64,000 bases of DNA from Pirellulales bacterium. GTDB taxonomy: Bacteria; Planctomycetota; Planctomycetia; Pirellulales; UBA1268. Positions within the stretch are counted from its first letter, which is position 1, and each line of letters starts with the position of its first letter. The stretch lies in the NCBI GenBank assembly GCA_018401745.1, contig JAGYJY010000017.1, positions 88-64,087 on the forward strand, written 5' to 3'. Shown here in pieces: positions 20,879 through 31,507 of the stretch. The position numbers and the translations under genes were made by a program. The notes below the pieces were generated by a model. It saw only the letters and a list, made by a program, of their open reading frames with translations. It was not told the origin of the DNA and made no database searches.

Positions 20879-22978
20879 GCTGCTGCCGGGCTGCTGAAGG
20901 TCACCAAGGCAGCTCCCGCAACGGCGAGCCAGCAGGCCGGTTGCGGCGAGGGCAGCGGGCGAGATCTCCAGCGTTTCCAGCGAGGTGCCAGCCAGCAGTG
21001 AAACGCCCACCGGCACGGCGTTGTGCACGGCATGGCAGAGGACACCGGGTAGCAGGCTGCCGGTGTGCACCGCCATCCAGCCGAGCACAAGGCCCATCGC
21101 AAAGGTGGTGGGGAGCCGCTCGGGCAGCAGGTGGACCACAGCAAACAAGGCAGCCTGGGCGACGACCGCGGCAAACTGCCGGCCGGTAGATGGCTGCTGG
21201 CCTTGAAGCGCGGAAAGCATCCAGCCCCGGAAGACGAGCTCTTCACAGACCGCAGGGATCACGGCGAGCACGAGCACCACCAGCCACCATGGGGTGCCGG
21301 TAAGCAGGCCGCTGAGCCTGCCGGCGAGCTCATCAGCTGCCGCTGAAGGCGTGTCGCTTACGAGCCAGCGGATCGCCATTGCGCCGAGCAGGAAGAGGCC
21401 TGCTCCGAGGAGCACCGCTCCGGGCAGCGACAGCCAGCCGCGGCCCGCCGGCCGCATCAGCCGCAGGGTTTCCACGAGATTGACCCGCTGCCAGGCGATC
21501 ACCGCAGCCAGAGGCAGCAGCATCGAGAAGAGCTGCTGCAGCGGCAGGGCGATGGCGAGGTTCTCCGGAAGCAGGCTCTGCACATACCACACGCCCGCCA
21601 GGCCAACGATGGCCGGGAGCACCCCTTGCAGGGGCGAAGGGAGGCGACGCTCGGGAGGCCGTTGGAGCAGACCGCTGGCGGCATCAGGCCCCCGGAAGAT
21701 GATGTCTTCATCGGCCAGGGCAGCGGCCGTGGCCTTGAGCAGCAGCCAGCACCAGCCAACTGCCGCGAGGATCGTCAGGGGCAGCAGCAGCCCAATCGGC
21801 TCGCCGGTCAGCGCGAGCCTCGCCACCAGCACCTGCCCGGCCACGGGCATTGCCGCAATCGCCTCGCGTGGCAGCGGCATGGGCACAAGCCCCGCGGCCG
21901 CGAGCACGCTGACCGCCAGCATGACCGTGGTCAGGGCATGATGGGCTTCCTTGAGGCTTCGCAGCGACGACGTAATCGCCAGGCAGGCGGCGGCAGCCAC
22001 CGCCGCGAGCACCACCTGCGTGGCCACCGCGGTGAGCACAGCCGCAGCCGCTGGGGCGGCGGTCAGCAGCCCCTGCAGATTCTCTGGCAGCGCCTGCACT
22101 CCGACAGCCGCGGTGCCTGTGATCGCCACAAGGTTGGCCACCAGGGTGGCAAGCGTCACGGCATAGACCGCAAGAAACTTCCCCCAGACCACCTCGCCGA
22201 TCCCGCAGGGTGCCACTAGCAGCGTTTCGATCGTGCCCCGCTCCTTCTCGCCGGCAAAGGCATCGGCAGCAGGATGAAAGGCGCCGGTGACAGTGAGCAG
22301 GGTCAGGATCATCAGCATGCTGCTGGCGATCGTCGAGATCACGGAGCTGGCCTGGGCGACTGACGTGCCTCCGCCCGTCTTGGGAGCCACGATCAGGGTG
22401 ACTGGCTCAAACACTGAGGTCGGCACCTGCAGCCGGGCCATCCGTTCGCGGCGGATCGCATCGGCGAGGCTCTCGAAGACCGCTTCGAGATGGCCAATCG
22501 CAGCCTCCGCATCGATGTTGGGGCTTGTGGCCTGCAGCGGCAGGCCTACGCCACCGAGGGTCTGCAAGGCTCGAGCTGTTCCTGGTGGCACGTCGACCCA
22601 GGCATCGGCAGCACCCGCTCTCACCTCTTCGATCGCCGCCTCTACGCTGGCTGCGATCGACACACCCAGCGACGAGGGCCAGCCGTCGGCTGCCTTGAGC
22701 GACGAGCGGTCGGGAGCGTCGCGAAGGGCGACCAGCCGGGCGGCCACCGCCGGCGCATCCGCTCCCGTGAGCAGGAGCTTGAGCTCGAGAGGCTGCTGGG
22801 CCCCATCGATCTGCTCAAGCGCCGAGCGGAGGCCGAGAACCGTCGCCAGTGCCACGATCGGGTAGGCGATCAGCGGCAGCAAAAAGGTGATAAACACAGC
22901 CCGGCGATCGCGGACAAACTCTCGCAGGTCACGGCGGGCAATGGCTGATGCCGGTGATAGTGGTGCCGCGGGCTTCAT
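20864..22978 (-). CDS. ABC-2 permease (NatB-like) fused to a CPBP/Abi intramembrane protease
   Basis: AGEKERGTIETLLVAP permease motif; C-terminal CEELVFRG, FAVVH and HAVHN CPBP motifs. Confidence 0.88.
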   Translation of the reverse strand: MKPAAPLSPASAIARRDLREFVRDRRAVFITFLLPLIAYPIVALATVLGLRSALEQIDGAQQPLELKLLLTGADAPAVAARLVALRDAPDRSSLKAADGWPSSLGVSIAASVEAAIEEVRAGAADAWVDVPPGTARALQTLGGVGLPLQATSPNIDAEAAIGHLEAVFESLADAIRRERMARLQVPTSVFEPVTLIVAPKTGGGTSVAQASSVISTIASSMLMILTLLTVTGAFHPAADAFAGEKERGTIETLLVAPCGIGEVVWGKFLAVYAVTLATLVANLVAITGTAAVGVQALPENLQGLLTAAPAAAAVLTAVATQVVLAAVAAAACLAITSSLRSLKEAHHALTTVMLAVSVLAAAGLVPMPLPREAIAAMPVAGQVLVARLALTGEPIGLLLPLTILAAVGWCWLLLKATAAALADEDIIFRGPDAASGLLQRPPERRLPSPLQGVLPAIVGLAGVWYVQSLLPENLAIALPLQQLFSMLLPLAAVIAWQRVNLVETLRLMRPAGRGWLSLPGAVLLGAGLFLLGAMAIRWLVSDTPSAAADELAGRLSGLLTGTPWWLVVLVLAVIPAVCEELVFRGWMLSALQGQQPSTGRQFAAVVAQAALFAVVHLLPERLPTTFAMGLVLGWMAVHTGSLLPGVLCHAVHNAVPVGVSLLAGTSLETLEISPAALAATGLLARRCGSCLGDLQQPGSSSARS

Positions 22979-23760
22979 GAGGCGACCGCTCGGTAGAAGG
23001 CATCTTCGATCGAGTCTTCCGAGGGCTCGAGCAGTTCTTCCCGCGTGCCACGGGCCACGATGCGGCCTGCGTGCATGATCACGAAACGGTCGCAGCGGCG
23101 CTCGATCTCGTGCAGCCGATGGGTCGACAGCAGGATGGCCCTGCCTTCGCTGCGGAGCTGGGCGAGCAGGTCGAGCAGTTCTCGCGAGCCGAGCAGATCC
23201 ACGGCAGCGGTTGGCTCGTCAAACACGAGCACGGGTGGCTCATGGACGAGGGCCCGGCCGAGAGACACCCGCTGCCGCTGGCCACTGGAGAGCCGACCGG
23301 AAGGACGGTCTGCGTAGCTGGTCATCCCGAGCGCCCCGACGAGCCGCTCGACGGAGGCCTCAAGCTCTGCTGTGGGGATGCCGTGGAGCCTGCCGTAGGA
23401 GATGAGCGTTTCCCGGGGGGTGAGCCGGTCGGGGACACCCGTGGTGGCCGAGACGTAGCCGATCCGTCGCCGCACGCCGAGTGGATCCTCGCGAATGTCG
23501 ACGCCGTCTACGCTGGCCGTGCCGGAGGTGGGCTTCAGCAGCGTGACGAGCATCCGCAGCAGGGTCGTCTTGCCGGCGCCGTTGGCCCCCAGCAGCCCGA
23601 CGGTTTCACCGCGATGCACGTTGAAGGAGACGCCGTCGACTGCCCGCACCACACTGCCGTCGCGGGCCTGGTAGTGCTTCACAAGATCGACAACATCGAT
23701 CGCCGGCAGCCCTTGGGGCTGGCCGACATCAGCGGCTCGCGGATCTTGATCGGTCACCAT
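22975..23760 (-). CDS. ABC transporter ATP-binding protein (NatA-like)
   Basis: GANGAGKTT, LSSGQRQR, VLVFDEPT, LSTH. Confidence 0.93.
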   Translation of the reverse strand: MVTDQDPRAADVGQPQGLPAIDVVDLVKHYQARDGSVVRAVDGVSFNVHRGETVGLLGANGAGKTTLLRMLVTLLKPTSGTASVDGVDIREDPLGVRRRIGYVSATTGVPDRLTPRETLISYGRLHGIPTAELEASVERLVGALGMTSYADRPSGRLSSGQRQRVSLGRALVHEPPVLVFDEPTAAVDLLGSRELLDLLAQLRSEGRAILLSTHRLHEIERRCDRFVIMHAGRIVARGTREELLEPSEDSIEDAFYRAVAS

Positions 23761-23791
23761 CGACTTGCCTGCCTCACACACGCCGTGGCGA

Positions 23792-24625
23792 TCAGATCTC
23801 TTCACTCGGCGGAAACTGCCGCCGCTCCGCAATGACAACCGCAAGCCCGAGCAGGAGCGTAACGAGCACCAGCACCGCGAGCACCTGCACCGAGGGAGGC
23901 TGGGTGTCGATCAGCAGCTGCACCTCAGCCGGAAGCCGCCGCCGCCAGCCCATCCCCTCCACCAGCAGGCTCCGCAGCCGCAGGCTGACGGTGGCCTGAT
24001 TGATCACCGCTGGCAAAAGCCCCGCCAGGTATTCAACCACCAACGCCAGGCCGACGCTCGCCACCATCGCCCGCTTGGGCACGATCACCGCAGGCAGGGC
24101 AAAGAGCGCTCCACGGCCAGCCGCTGAAAGCACGATCAAGCCGAGCATCACGGAGAACACCCGCATGGGCTCTTCCGTGCCAGAGACCAGCACGGCCGGA
24201 ATCAGCGCGAGGGTTCCCACGCTCACCGTCCAGATGACAGCCGCAGCAAAGGTGCCCAGGATCATCGCCCGACGGCCGTTTGGTCGCACCGCCACATGAA
24301 TCCAGGTGCCACGCTCAAGCTCATCGGCAACCACAGGGCACATCGTGACCAGCAGGGCGAGCACGCAGACCGCCTCGGGCACCAGCGCGTAGATCAGGAG
24401 CGCAGCGAGGTCGCGCTCGATGGGGAAGCCGGCGGTGCGGCCGACCGCAGCCACAACAGCTGCGGGGAAGAGGATGCCGATGGCTGCGACAGCGAGCCGG
24501 GAGCGGGTGAGCATCCGCCGCAGCTGAAACTCGGCGATCGTCACTGCCGATGTGAGCAGCGACACAACCGGCTGGTCCTCGGCATGCCGTCCACGGGCGT
24601 CTGCAGCATCGACAGCAGCCATCAC
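23792..24625 (-). CDS. ABC transporter permease
   Basis: About six hydrophobic segments; ADELERGTWIHVAVRP; lies between ATPase genes. Confidence 0.8.
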   Translation of the reverse strand: MMAAVDAADARGRHAEDQPVVSLLTSAVTIAEFQLRRMLTRSRLAVAAIGILFPAAVVAAVGRTAGFPIERDLAALLIYALVPEAVCVLALLVTMCPVVADELERGTWIHVAVRPNGRRAMILGTFAAAVIWTVSVGTLALIPAVLVSGTEEPMRVFSVMLGLIVLSAAGRGALFALPAVIVPKRAMVASVGLALVVEYLAGLLPAVINQATVSLRLRSLLVEGMGWRRRLPAEVQLLIDTQPPSVQVLAVLVLVTLLLGLAVVIAERRQFPPSEEI

Positions 24626-25548
24626 ACGCCTCCCCGATGCAGCGACACGAGTCGACCAAACACACCTTCGAGTGAGCGGTCGTCGGGAACGACCTCGCGC
24701 ACCGCGATCCCCTCATCAATGGCGGCTGCCATGATCTGCTCGGCTAGCATGCCGGCCTGTCGCGTGCCGATGATCAGCGTGTCGTCGCGCTCGAACCGCA
24801 GGCTGCGGGCGTCGTCGCCGCGGCAGACGATTTCCGCAAGCCGGCGGGGCTTGTCGCAGACCACACGAACCTCGGCTGGTGTGGCATCGATCAGGCTGCG
24901 GATCTCACTCGATGAGCCGCTGGCCACCACTCGGCTGCCAAGAATCACGACCAGGCCGGCGCCGAGCGGCTCGATCTCATGCAGCAGATGGCTGGCAACC
25001 AGCAGGCTGCGATGGGTCGCCCACTCCTTCACCAGTGAGACAAGATCGTGTCGGGCGACCGGATCGAGCCCGTCAAAGGGCTCGTCGAGCACGAGCAGCT
25101 GCGGGCCGTGCGCCAAGGCACCAGCGAGCTTGGCCCGCTGCCGCATGCCCTTGGAGAGGGTGCCGATGGGGCGATCGGCGGCTGCGGAGAGCCGCACCTG
25201 ATCGAGCGCTGCGGCAGCTCTTCGCTCGGCCTCGTGCCGCGTGAATCCCGAGAGCCGCACCAGGTAGGAGACCCACTGCAGCGGCGTGACCGACCGTTCA
25301 CGGATGTCGCCAGCGGGGCAGTAGCCGATCCGTGAGAGCACCGAGGGATTGCTGAAGGGCCGCTCACCGAAGACCTCCACACGGCCCATCGTGGGTCGCA
25401 GCTGGCCGGTCACCAGGCCCAGGAGCGTGGTCTTGCCAGCACCGTTGGGGCCGAGCAGACCGTGGGCGCCTCGCTCCAGGTCGACCGTGACGTCGTTGAC
25501 GCCGATCACCTGCCCGTAGAGTTTCGTGACGTGCGTGAGTGAGATCAT
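24622..25548 (-). CDS. ABC transporter ATP-binding protein
   Basis: GPNGAGKTT, LSKGMRQR, LVLDEPFDGLDP, ASH. Confidence 0.93.
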   Translation of the reverse strand: MISLTHVTKLYGQVIGVNDVTVDLERGAHGLLGPNGAGKTTLLGLVTGQLRPTMGRVEVFGERPFSNPSVLSRIGYCPAGDIRERSVTPLQWVSYLVRLSGFTRHEAERRAAAALDQVRLSAAADRPIGTLSKGMRQRAKLAGALAHGPQLLVLDEPFDGLDPVARHDLVSLVKEWATHRSLLVASHLLHEIEPLGAGLVVILGSRVVASGSSSEIRSLIDATPAEVRVVCDKPRRLAEIVCRGDDARSLRFERDDTLIIGTRQAGMLAEQIMAAAIDEGIAVREVVPDDRSLEGVFGRLVSLHRGGV

Positions 25549-25576
25549 CGAGCGGCTTGCAACACAAAGAATCGCA

Positions 25577-26695
25577 TCAGGAACGCATCGGCGCATCCAC
25601 ACGCCGCACCAGCACCACGAGCGAGGCGACGGAGATGAAGGCCAAGGAGATCAGTGGAGGAAGAAACGCCTGTGGACGCTGCTCCATGCCGAAGATCGCT
25701 GCCTGGACCACCCCGATCGCATGATAGGGCGAAACCCAGGCCCAGTGATCGATGGAGTTGTCGAGGCCTGCGGCACGGGCCAGCCAGTGCATCTGTCGAG
25801 GGCGGCCATGACGATCGTCGTCCTCCAGCCCGCCAAACGGCTCATCGAAGAAGCTACCCGCTTCCGGCGGTGGCTGCTCGGCCATCAGTTCTGCGGTGCC
25901 CAAGGCTGCGTGGGTGATCCAGCAGGCAACCCAGGTGGCAAACCAGGCAAACCCTGCAATCCGGCTCTCGGTGGTGATCGCTGAGAAGGCGAGCGCCAGG
26001 AGCACGGTGGGAATGGCGACAGCCAGGCTCGCCACCACCACCTTTGCCGGAAGGTCGATCGTGGCCACCGCTACATCGACACTCGGACTGACCAGCACGC
26101 CCACCAGCCACAGGCCGAGGGCTGGCAGGAGCGTGACCATCGCCACCACGCCGGCGAGCACAGCGGCCTTCCCCAGGATGTAGTCGCGGCGTGACACCGG
26201 CCTTGTGAAGTAGACAAGCCAGGCTTTGGCCCGCATGTCACGGGAGATCAACGTGGGCGCAACCAGCCCGATCACCACCGCCAAGAGCACTGCCTGAGGC
26301 GCTCGCATGAAGGCGAGAAGCAGACGCGACCAGACGGTGCGGCGGGTCTGCTCCACCTCCTCGATCGAGCCAGGCAGAGAGCCGCCCTCACCCTCGGAGG
26401 GTCTGCCGAGCGCGTTGGCGAGGAGCCCGCCGAGCACACCGACGCCGTCGAGGTTACGACCGGCCTGTGCGGTCGCCTCGAGCATCCCCAGCCGTCCTTC
26501 TTCAACCGCCTGCTCGAAGGCGAAGAAGCTCATCGCGAAAGCGAGGGCTGGGCTCCAGGCGAAGAGCACCGCCCGCCTGAGCCAGCGGCTCTTCCAGGCC
26601 AGGGAGATGCCAGTCGACGCGATCACCACCGCGGCCGAGCCCGGAGGCCGTCGCACGCCTGTCCATGATCGATAGCCGACATCATGCAGGGGCAT
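25577..26695 (-). CDS. ABC transporter permease
   Basis: [11 protein letters not shown] start, LISRDMRAKAWLVYFTRPVSRRDYILGK, multiple TM segments. Confidence 0.85.
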   Translation of the reverse strand: MPLHDVGYRSWTGVRRPPGSAAVVIASTGISLAWKSRWLRRAVLFAWSPALAFAMSFFAFEQAVEEGRLGMLEATAQAGRNLDGVGVLGGLLANALGRPSEGEGGSLPGSIEEVEQTRRTVWSRLLLAFMRAPQAVLLAVVIGLVAPTLISRDMRAKAWLVYFTRPVSRRDYILGKAAVLAGVVAMVTLLPALGLWLVGVLVSPSVDVAVATIDLPAKVVVASLAVAIPTVLLALAFSAITTESRIAGFAWFATWVACWITHAALGTAELMAEQPPPEAGSFFDEPFGGLEDDDRHGRPRQMHWLARAAGLDNSIDHWAWVSPYHAIGVVQAAIFGMEQRPQAFLPPLISLAFISVASLVVLVRRVDAPMRS

Positions 26696-27681
26696 GGAGC
26701 ACCTCGGGGGTTTGAGCGGCTTCCGCCTCGCGAAGGCTGGCGATGAAGACCTCCTCAAGCGGTCGCTGCGCCGGCTCGAAACTCCGCACCCCCACGCCCA
26801 CGTCGCGGGCATGCTCACAGACAGCCCGCAGCACTGCCGGCGTGTCGTCATCGGCTGGCGTGGCGACCTCGACGGCCGGCCCGCGGATGGTGCGGACCAG
26901 GCTTGCGGCGATGCCTGCAGCGGAGAGCGCCCGGGCGAGTTCTTCCAGTGGCCCAGTTCCCTCGACACGGTGCATCGGCAGGGCTGGCCGTGTGAGTTCC
27001 TCGATGCTGCCCGAGAGCCGCACCCGGCCGGCCGCCAGCACGATCGCCCGCTCGCAGATCGCCTGCACATCGGGCAGCACGTGCGTGCAGAGGAAAATTG
27101 TTTTGCCGTGATCACGGGCCAGCGTGACGAGGCGGCCGAGCATCGCCTTTCGCTCGATCGGATCGAGGCCGTTGGTCGGCTCGTCGAGGATGATCAGCGG
27201 CGGATCGTGCACAATCGCTGCGGCGAAGGCGACCTTCTGCCGCGTGCCGACCGAGAACGTCTCCAGCGGCCGATACCGCTCCTGGCCGGCATCGCACCAG
27301 TCGAGCACCTCGTGGGCCCGTCGCAACGCCTCGCCGGCCGGAATACCGCAGAGCCGTGCCGCATACCGCACCATGCCCACGCCGGTCAGGCCGGGCACCG
27401 ACGATTCATCTTCAGGCACCACCCCCACCTGCTGCCGCACCTGCCGCGAGGCCTTCTGCGGGTCGAGGCCGAAGACCCGCACAGCTGCCGCCGGCGAGCT
27501 TCACCAGGCCGAGCACGGTCCGCACCAGGGTGCTCTTGCCCGCGCCGTTGGGACCGACGAGGCCGGTGATGCCCGGCTCGACACGCAGCGAAACGCCGTC
27601 GAGTGCGGTGCGGCTCCCGTAGCGTTTGACAACACGGTCGAGTTCGACTGGGCAGGCGTCGCTGCTGTCTGCACTACGCAT
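26682..27681 (-). CDS. ABC transporter ATP-binding protein; apparent frameshift near 27483
   Basis: Walker [10 protein letters not shown] is in ORF 27412..27783; signature [19 protein letters not shown] and CTH are in ORF 26682..27482. Confidence 0.88.
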
Positions 27682-27806
27682 AGCCCAACTTTCCGCGCGA
27701 TCAGATGACTGGTGTGATGAAAAAGCTGGTGCTGTGGGTTGCTGGTAATCCCAGATCTCTTCAACGGCGGAGGCCACGCACACGTTGCGTGAGCCACGCT
27801 TTGTCG

Positions 27807-27828
27807 CTTCCGGGCAGTGAACCGGAAG
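27807..27828 (-). terminator. Hairpin immediately after frr (possible terminator or processing site)
   Basis: cttccgg-gcagtgaa-ccggaag next to the stop codon; no clear U-tract. Confidence 0.35.
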
Positions 27829-27829
27829 G

Positions 27830-28390
27830 TCAGTCCTCCATCACCTCGACTTCTTTCGCTTTGGCAAGATCACCCACCTGGGCCTCAAACTTCTTGGTCA
27901 GCTCCTGCACGTCATCCTTGGTGGAACTGACGTCGTCTTCGGTCATGCTGCCACCGGTCTTCTCACCGTCGGCGGCCTTGTTGGCATCGCGGCGGACGTT
28001 GCGGATGGCGACGCGGCTCTCTTCAGCAAGCTCTTTGATGCGGGCGGTCATCTTCCGCCGCACGTCGGTCGAAAGCGGCGGCACGGTGATGCGGATCACG
28101 CGGCCATCACTCTGAGGATTGAAGCCGAGATCGCTGGCATGCAGGGCTTTCTCGATGTCTTTGAGCGTGCTTGGGTCAAACGGCCGAACCACGATCTGAT
28201 TCGGCTCGGGGGACCCTACGTTGGCCAAGGCTTTGATCGGTGCGGGAGAGCCGTAGACTTCCACCTTGAGCGAGTCGACGAGGCCCGGATTGGCCCGGCC
28301 TGTCCGAATTCCCGTGAGGGCGTGACGGAAGACCTCGACAGCCTTCTCCATGCGTTCTTCAGCGTCGAGCAGGATGTCGTCTGCCGGCAT
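27830..28390 (-). CDS. frr: Ribosome recycling factor
   Basis: [32 protein letters not shown]; rpsB-tsf-pyrH-frr synteny. Confidence 0.97.
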   Translation of the reverse strand: MPADDILLDAEERMEKAVEVFRHALTGIRTGRANPGLVDSLKVEVYGSPAPIKALANVGSPEPNQIVVRPFDPSTLKDIEKALHASDLGFNPQSDGRVIRITVPPLSTDVRRKMTARIKELAEESRVAIRNVRRDANKAADGEKTGGSMTEDDVSSTKDDVQELTKKFEAQVGDLAKAKEVEVMED

Positions 28391-28579
28391 GTTGCGAGAT
28401 CTCCTAAGGGCAGCCGGCGGCTCTGCGGCAGCCCCTGCTGGCCACGCTCGCTGGCGAAGCACCGATTGTCGCAGGAGGCTGCGCGGCACTTCAAGTCAGC
28501 CGCCACAGAAACGGCTCCTGGAGCGATCGTGTGAGCTGCAGCCACCACCGCGAGACCCTCACCCCACGAGGCTCGCTGC

Positions 28580-29311
28580 TCAGGCCAGCCGGCTGGTGAC
28601 GAGCGTGCCGAGACGTTCTCCAGCGACGGCCCGTTCGATGTTGCCGTCGGTGCGGTAGTTGAAGACGAGGATCGGCATCGAGTGCTCTCGGCACTGGGAA
28701 ATGGCCGTTGCGTCCATCACCCGCAGTCCCTGCTCCTGCACCTGCTGGTAGGTCAGGTCGCGATAGAGCATGGCGTGCGGGTTTCTCTCCGGATCATCGG
28801 AATAGACGCCATCGACCCGCGTGGCCTTCAGCAGAATGTCAGCCTCAAGTTCGAGCGCCCGCTGGGCGGCCGCAGTGTCGGTCGTCACAAACGGGCTGCC
28901 GGTGCCCGCAGCCAGAATCACGATGCGGCCCTTCTCAAGATGACGACGGGCCCGGCGACGGATGTAGGGCTCGGCGACGCCGTCCATTTTGATGGCGGTC
29001 ATCAGCCGCGTGCTCGCGCCAAGGCTCTCCAGGGCGTCTTGCAGGGCAAGGCCGTTGATGACCGTGGCCAGCATGCCCATGTAGTGGGCGGTGGCTTCTT
29101 GGATAGCAGCGTTGCCGGCGGTAAACGAACCACCTCGGAGAATGTTGCCACCTCCGATCACAACCGCCACCTGCACGCCTCGCGAAGCGACGCGGACCGT
29201 CTGCTCGGCGATGTGCACCACCTCCTCCATGGAGATGCCGCGCTCGCCTGCTCGCGCGAAACTCTCGCCGGAGAGCTTCAGGAGCACGCGCTTGTAGGGT
29301 GTGGGCGTCAT
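28580..29311 (-). CDS. pyrH: UMP kinase
   Basis: [40 protein letters not shown]. Confidence 0.97.
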   Translation of the reverse strand: MTPTPYKRVLLKLSGESFARAGERGISMEEVVHIAEQTVRVASRGVQVAVVIGGGNILRGGSFTAGNAAIQEATAHYMGMLATVINGLALQDALESLGASTRLMTAIKMDGVAEPYIRRRARRHLEKGRIVILAAGTGSPFVTTDTAAAQRALELEADILLKATRVDGVYSDDPERNPHAMLYRDLTYQQVQEQGLRVMDATAISQCREHSMPILVFNYRTDGNIERAVAGERLGTLVTSRLA

Positions 29312-29332
29312 GGTCACAGGAGAGAGCCGCTC

Positions 29333-30172
29333 TCAGCCGCCGAGGCTCCAGTTCTCCATCGTCTTCACCTCAATCCCAGAACTCTGGGCGAGTTTGCCGA
29401 CGGTCTGCTTGTCGTCCTTCACGAAGGGCTGTTCAAGCAGCACGCACTGGCTGAAGAAGTTGCGAAGGCGCCCTTCAATCATCTTGTCAACGATGTTGGC
29501 TGGCTTGCCTTCGGCCAGGGCGGCCTCGGTGAGAATCTCCCGCTCTTTCTCCACGGCCGCTGGGTCGAGCTCTTCCTTGGAGACGGCCTTGGGGGCCATG
29601 GCAACGATGTGCATGGCGATATCTTTGGCCACATCGGCAATCGCCGATCCAGCCTTTCCAGCGAGCTCGACGAGGCACGCCTTGGAGCCGTCGTGATGGG
29701 CGTAGCCGCCGCAGGGGGCGTCTATGCGGCGGATGCGGGAGAGCTCAAACACCTCACGCATGCGGTTGAAGAGATCGTCCTTCAGTTCGCCAAGCGTGCG
29801 GTCGGGGTGGGCCAGGCTCTTCTGGGCGAGCAGGTCTTCAGGCGAGCTGGCGCCTGGGCCGAGGGCCAACTGCTTGGCCATGTCAGCGACGAGCTCCTTG
29901 AAGTCGGGACTGTTGGCAACAGGAGAGCTCTCGCACTTCAGCTCAACCATCGCGCCAACACCCTTGTCGAGATCGGTGTAGACCGCCAGGCGGCCGGTGC
30001 TCATCTCGCGATCGGACCGCGTTGCCTGCGTCTTGATGCCCTGCTTCCGCAGCCACTCAATCGCCGCATTCGTGTCGCCACCACACTCTGACAGCGCCTT
30101 CTTACACTCCATCATCGGGAGCCCGGTCTTCTCCCGCAGGCTCTTGACATCAGCTGCCGTGATTGCCGCCAT
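29333..30172 (-). CDS. tsf: Translation elongation factor Ts
   Basis: VKSLREKTGLPMMECKKAL, ELKCES, IAMHIVA, LLEQPFVKD. Confidence 0.97.
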   Translation of the reverse strand: MAAITAADVKSLREKTGLPMMECKKALSECGGDTNAAIEWLRKQGIKTQATRSDREMSTGRLAVYTDLDKGVGAMVELKCESSPVANSPDFKELVADMAKQLALGPGASSPEDLLAQKSLAHPDRTLGELKDDLFNRMREVFELSRIRRIDAPCGGYAHHDGSKACLVELAGKAGSAIADVAKDIAMHIVAMAPKAVSKEELDPAAVEKEREILTEAALAEGKPANIVDKMIEGRLRNFFSQCVLLEQPFVKDDKQTVGKLAQSSGIEVKTMENWSLGG

Positions 30173-30413
30173 CGTTGTCTCTCCCTGTCACTCGGATTTC
30201 TGTTTTTCAACCGCATGCCGATCGTGGTGCATGCGTGTGACCGTTTTTCAGCCGAGCCTCTATCCTTGATTCACTTAAAAAGGACAGGACGCTCTCGGGC
30301 ATTCATTCAGGAAACTTTGCAGACCATCAGTTGCTTCGCAGGCCAGCAAGCAATTTTTGAAAATCTGGTGGTCTGGAAAATCTGGTGGCGGCAGGAGCAG
30401 AAACTCCGCCAGT

Positions 30414-31208
30414 TCAGGTTCGCGGTGGACGCGGCGCTGCTCGCTTGGCCCGCTGGGCACCGTCTTTGTCTGCACCTTCCGCAGCGACTTGGGAATGTGT
30501 GGAATGCTCGGCCTTGCCTTCCAGGATGGCATCGGCAAGACGGGCAGCCACCAACTCAATCGATCGGATCGAATCGTCATTGCCGGGAATCGGCAGGTCG
30601 ATGACGTCGGGGTCGCAGTCGGTGTCGATCAGGGCCAGGGTGGTGATCCCCATCTTGCGGGCCTCATTGACCGCGTTCTTCTCCTTCTTGGGATCGAAGA
30701 GCACAAGGCACTCCGGCAGCCGGGAGAGGGTGCGGATGCCACCGAGATTTCGCATCATCTTGCGATTCTCGCGTCGCAACGACGACTGCATTTTCTTCGA
30801 GTAGGCGGCGAACTCATCGGTGATAGCCGCCTCTGACGTCGAGGGCATCAGCCGCTCCAACTCCTCGAGGCGAGCGAGCCGGTTGCGGATGGTGCGGAAA
30901 TTGGTCAGCGTGCCACCGAGCCAGCGCTCGCTGACGTACGGCATGCCACAGCGGGCTGCCTCGCGGGAGATCGCTTCCTGCCCCTGACGCTTGGTGCCTA
31001 CAAACAGCACCAGGCTCCCGGAGGCCGCGACCTGCTTGAGATACTTCCTGGCCCGCAGCAAACCACGGATCGTCTCGCGGACGTCGATGATGTGGATCAG
31101 GTTCTTGCGGCCGTGGATATACGGACGCATCTTCGGATTCCAGCGGCTGGCACGGTGGCCAAAATGGACACCAGCCTCAATCAACTCCTGAGCCAAAACA
31201 CTCGACAC
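30414..31208 (-). CDS. rpsB: 30S ribosomal protein S2
   Basis: [44 protein letters not shown]. Confidence 0.98.
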   Translation of the reverse strand: MSSVLAQELIEAGVHFGHRASRWNPKMRPYIHGRKNLIHIIDVRETIRGLLRARKYLKQVAASGSLVLFVGTKRQGQEAISREAARCGMPYVSERWLGGTLTNFRTIRNRLARLEELERLMPSTSEAAITDEFAAYSKKMQSSLRRENRKMMRNLGGIRTLSRLPECLVLFDPKKEKNAVNEARKMGITTLALIDTDCDPDVIDLPIPGNDDSIRSIELVAARLADAILEGKAEHSTHSQVAAEGADKDGAQRAKRAAPRPPRT

Positions 31209-31231
31209 GCTGACGGTCTCACGAAAAGGAA

Positions 31232-31335
31232 GGGTTGTGCTGCGGCGGACGCACGTTTCGCCCGCATCGCGAGCCTCGCAGCGTATTCTGTTTGATTGCC
31301 AGGGTCAACGCACCCTCGCGATATCTCGGTCTCCA
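31232..31335 (-). promoter_or_regulatory. Candidate rpsB 5' leader (S2-autoregulatory RNA, t44-like)
   Basis: On the minus strand, GGGUGC (31315-31310) and downstream GCACAACCC (31240-31232) resemble the GGGU...ACCC pairing of rpsB leaders. Confidence 0.45.
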
Positions 31336-31507
31336 GGGCAGGACGCTTGAATCGGCCGCTTTCGGGCTACTACACTACTCGGCCTCGGCCGGAAGAGGCG
31401 GCCGACACCCCTTGAGCCGACCGGCGATATTCCCGAACGCGTTTCCGCGTCGTTTGGCGGAATCCGACCGGAGCAGCCTCGGAGTGCCCCGGAGATTCAC
31501 GCCCATT

